From Gammaproteobacteria bacterium (lineage in GTDB: Bacteria > Pseudomonadota > Gammaproteobacteria > Eutrophobiales > Eutrophobiaceae): a stretch of DNA of 64,000 nucleotides. Of this stretch, positions 62,682 to 64,000 are shown in pieces. How positions within the stretch are numbered: the stretch's first letter is position 1; every line of letters starts with the position of its first letter. Both the position numbers and the translations under genes were made by a program. The notes beneath the pieces are model-generated. The model ran no database searches. It saw nothing but the letters and a program-made list of their open reading frames with translations, and was not told the DNA's origin. The stretch is taken from contig CBDCTH010000012.1 of NCBI GenBank assembly GCA_965222155.1, forward strand, positions 3,008,001-3,072,000. Reading direction: 5' to 3'.

Positions 62682-63284
62682 TTATTGCTGAAGAGTGACC
62701 AACCCGGTACCCACCATGGAATCACGGGTGACGACCTCCTGCAACTCCTCTTCACTCATATTCTCCGTTCCCTCCGGACGTTTGGGCAACACCAGGTACC
62801 TGATCTCGGCGTTGCTGTCCCAGACCCGCACTTCGGTCTCTACGGATAATTCCAGCCCGAATTCCTTTAACAGGCCGCGCGGGTCACGCACCGCTTTTGC
62901 CCGGTAAGGCGTACTTTTATACCAGTTGGGCGGCAGGCCCAGCACCGGCCAGGGATAGCAGGAACACAGCGTACAGACGACCAAGTTATGAATCCTGTCG
63001 GTATTTTCCACCACCACCATGTGACTGCCTTCGATTCCGGTGTGTCCCAGTTCCGCCAGTATCGCGGAGGCGTCTTCCAGCAACCTGGCCTTGAATTCAG
63101 GATCAGCCCACGCTTTGGCGACAATGCTGGCGCCGATATGCGGCCCCACCTTGTTTTCAAAATGGTCGATGATGGCGTCCAGGGTTTCCTGGTTGACCAC
63201 CTTTTTTTCGATCAACAGGGATTCCAGCACCTTGACCCGGAGTTGTACGTCCGACAACGGCGCTCGATGTGCTGATTCTGTCAT
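62682..63284 (-). CDS. nthA: Nitrile hydratase alpha subunit (cobalt type)
   Basis: Metal-binding motif VCTLCSCY. Confidence 0.96.
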   Translation of the reverse strand: MTESAHRAPLSDVQLRVKVLESLLIEKKVVNQETLDAIIDHFENKVGPHIGASIVAKAWADPEFKARLLEDASAILAELGHTGIEGSHMVVVENTDRIHNLVVCTLCSCYPWPVLGLPPNWYKSTPYRAKAVRDPRGLLKEFGLELSVETEVRVWDSNAEIRYLVLPKRPEGTENMSEEELQEVVTRDSMVGTGLVTLQQ

Positions 63285-63489
63285 TTGGCCTGCCTCTTTC
63301 TGTTATTTTCGTCTGAGAATTAGCATGACATAAACCGACGCGCTGTCAAGCAGCAGATGACAAGTCATGGCCGGATTTCCCCGTCTTATCATTTAAGAGC
63401 CGCGATTTGACTGGGACAGAAGCAATGGTCGGAGGCCGTTCCGATTCGCTTCCCTGACGTATTAACTTCAAGTCGATGCTTGATGGCGC

Positions 63490-63673
63490 GGAACCCCTCG
63501 GCCAGGTCCTGATTGCAATTCCGGCCAACATACGTATCCCAGCCAGAGCAGGATATGTTCTGCGCGGTCGTCTGTATTCTGGCTATACTGACAACGGGCT
63601 TTTCAGCCAATGCGGGGAAAACAACTGACAGGAACAGGCCGGGTAAAAATACAAGATATCTGCTCAATAGCAT
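63490..63673 (-). pseudogene. Truncated N-terminus of an exported (possibly CsgG-like) protein
   Basis: Signal peptide then KPVVSIA..., running into unrelated-looking sequence; family assignment tentative. Confidence 0.35.
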
Positions 63674-63852
63674 AACGTACCCTCTTCAAAGATGTGAATC
63701 ACCAGGATAAAGATGCCTGACCTTGCAATCATCTCGCAGAAGCTTACGGAAAGTCCTGCCTATTTACCCAGCCAGGGAGCAACCCCGCCGTATAATGGGC
63801 TATTATATTGAGCAGATGGCCCGACCACGGGCTTCTGCTTATGATTGCACGG

Positions 63853-63990
63853 CTAGGATAATCCAGATTTTCGGTTAACCTTAACCAATGCCTTGATGCC
63901 CGCCTCGCCCTTACCCAAACGCCGCAGCCAATCCCCCAACATGTCGGCGCTCGGTAACCGCCGTAACTCCAACAACTTCATCAGGCGATC
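63853..63990 (-). pseudogene. IS1380-like transposase fragment
   Basis: Manual translation LMKLLELRRLPSADMLGDWLRRLG...IKALVKVNR, bounded by stops; coordinates approximate. Confidence 0.55.
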
Positions 63991-64000
63991 TTAAGAGAAT

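Overview
Chromosomal segment of a GC-rich gammaproteobacterium, read by eye with no database searches. The backbone is housekeeping: end of a cox3/SURF1/ctaA/ctaB cytochrome oxidase cluster, rpoH-ftsXEY, an M16 peptidase pair, rsmD-coaD-ggt, mutM, yaaA, rpmBG, radC, coaBC, algC, pyrE, xth, yggT-proC-yggS, pyrK-pyrC'-pyrB-pyrR-yqgF-yqgE-tonB-gshB, hemCDXY, prk, msbA, pmbA, uvrD, a TRAP SBP, cytochrome c5 and a cobalt-type nitrile hydratase cluster. Accessory and decaying DNA is interspersed: one complete IS1182-family element, IS256-, IS481- and IS1380-like remnants, at least three unannotated MITE families with target-site duplications (one splits a GFA gene), and about five toxin-antitoxin modules or remnants. 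A type II-C CRISPR-Cas locus has a cas9 lacking its 5' end (RuvC-I and bridge helix), open cas1/cas2 and a single 36-bp repeat. Features not in the ORF track include rpmG, a stand-alone pqqA with a sigma54 promoter, and a perfect CIRCE box upstream of rpoH. I found no clearly complete new system. The best leads are the reduced Cas9 locus, an uncharacterised nucleotidyltransferase/partner pair beside pqqA, an orphan membrane-protein pair and the nested MITE families.
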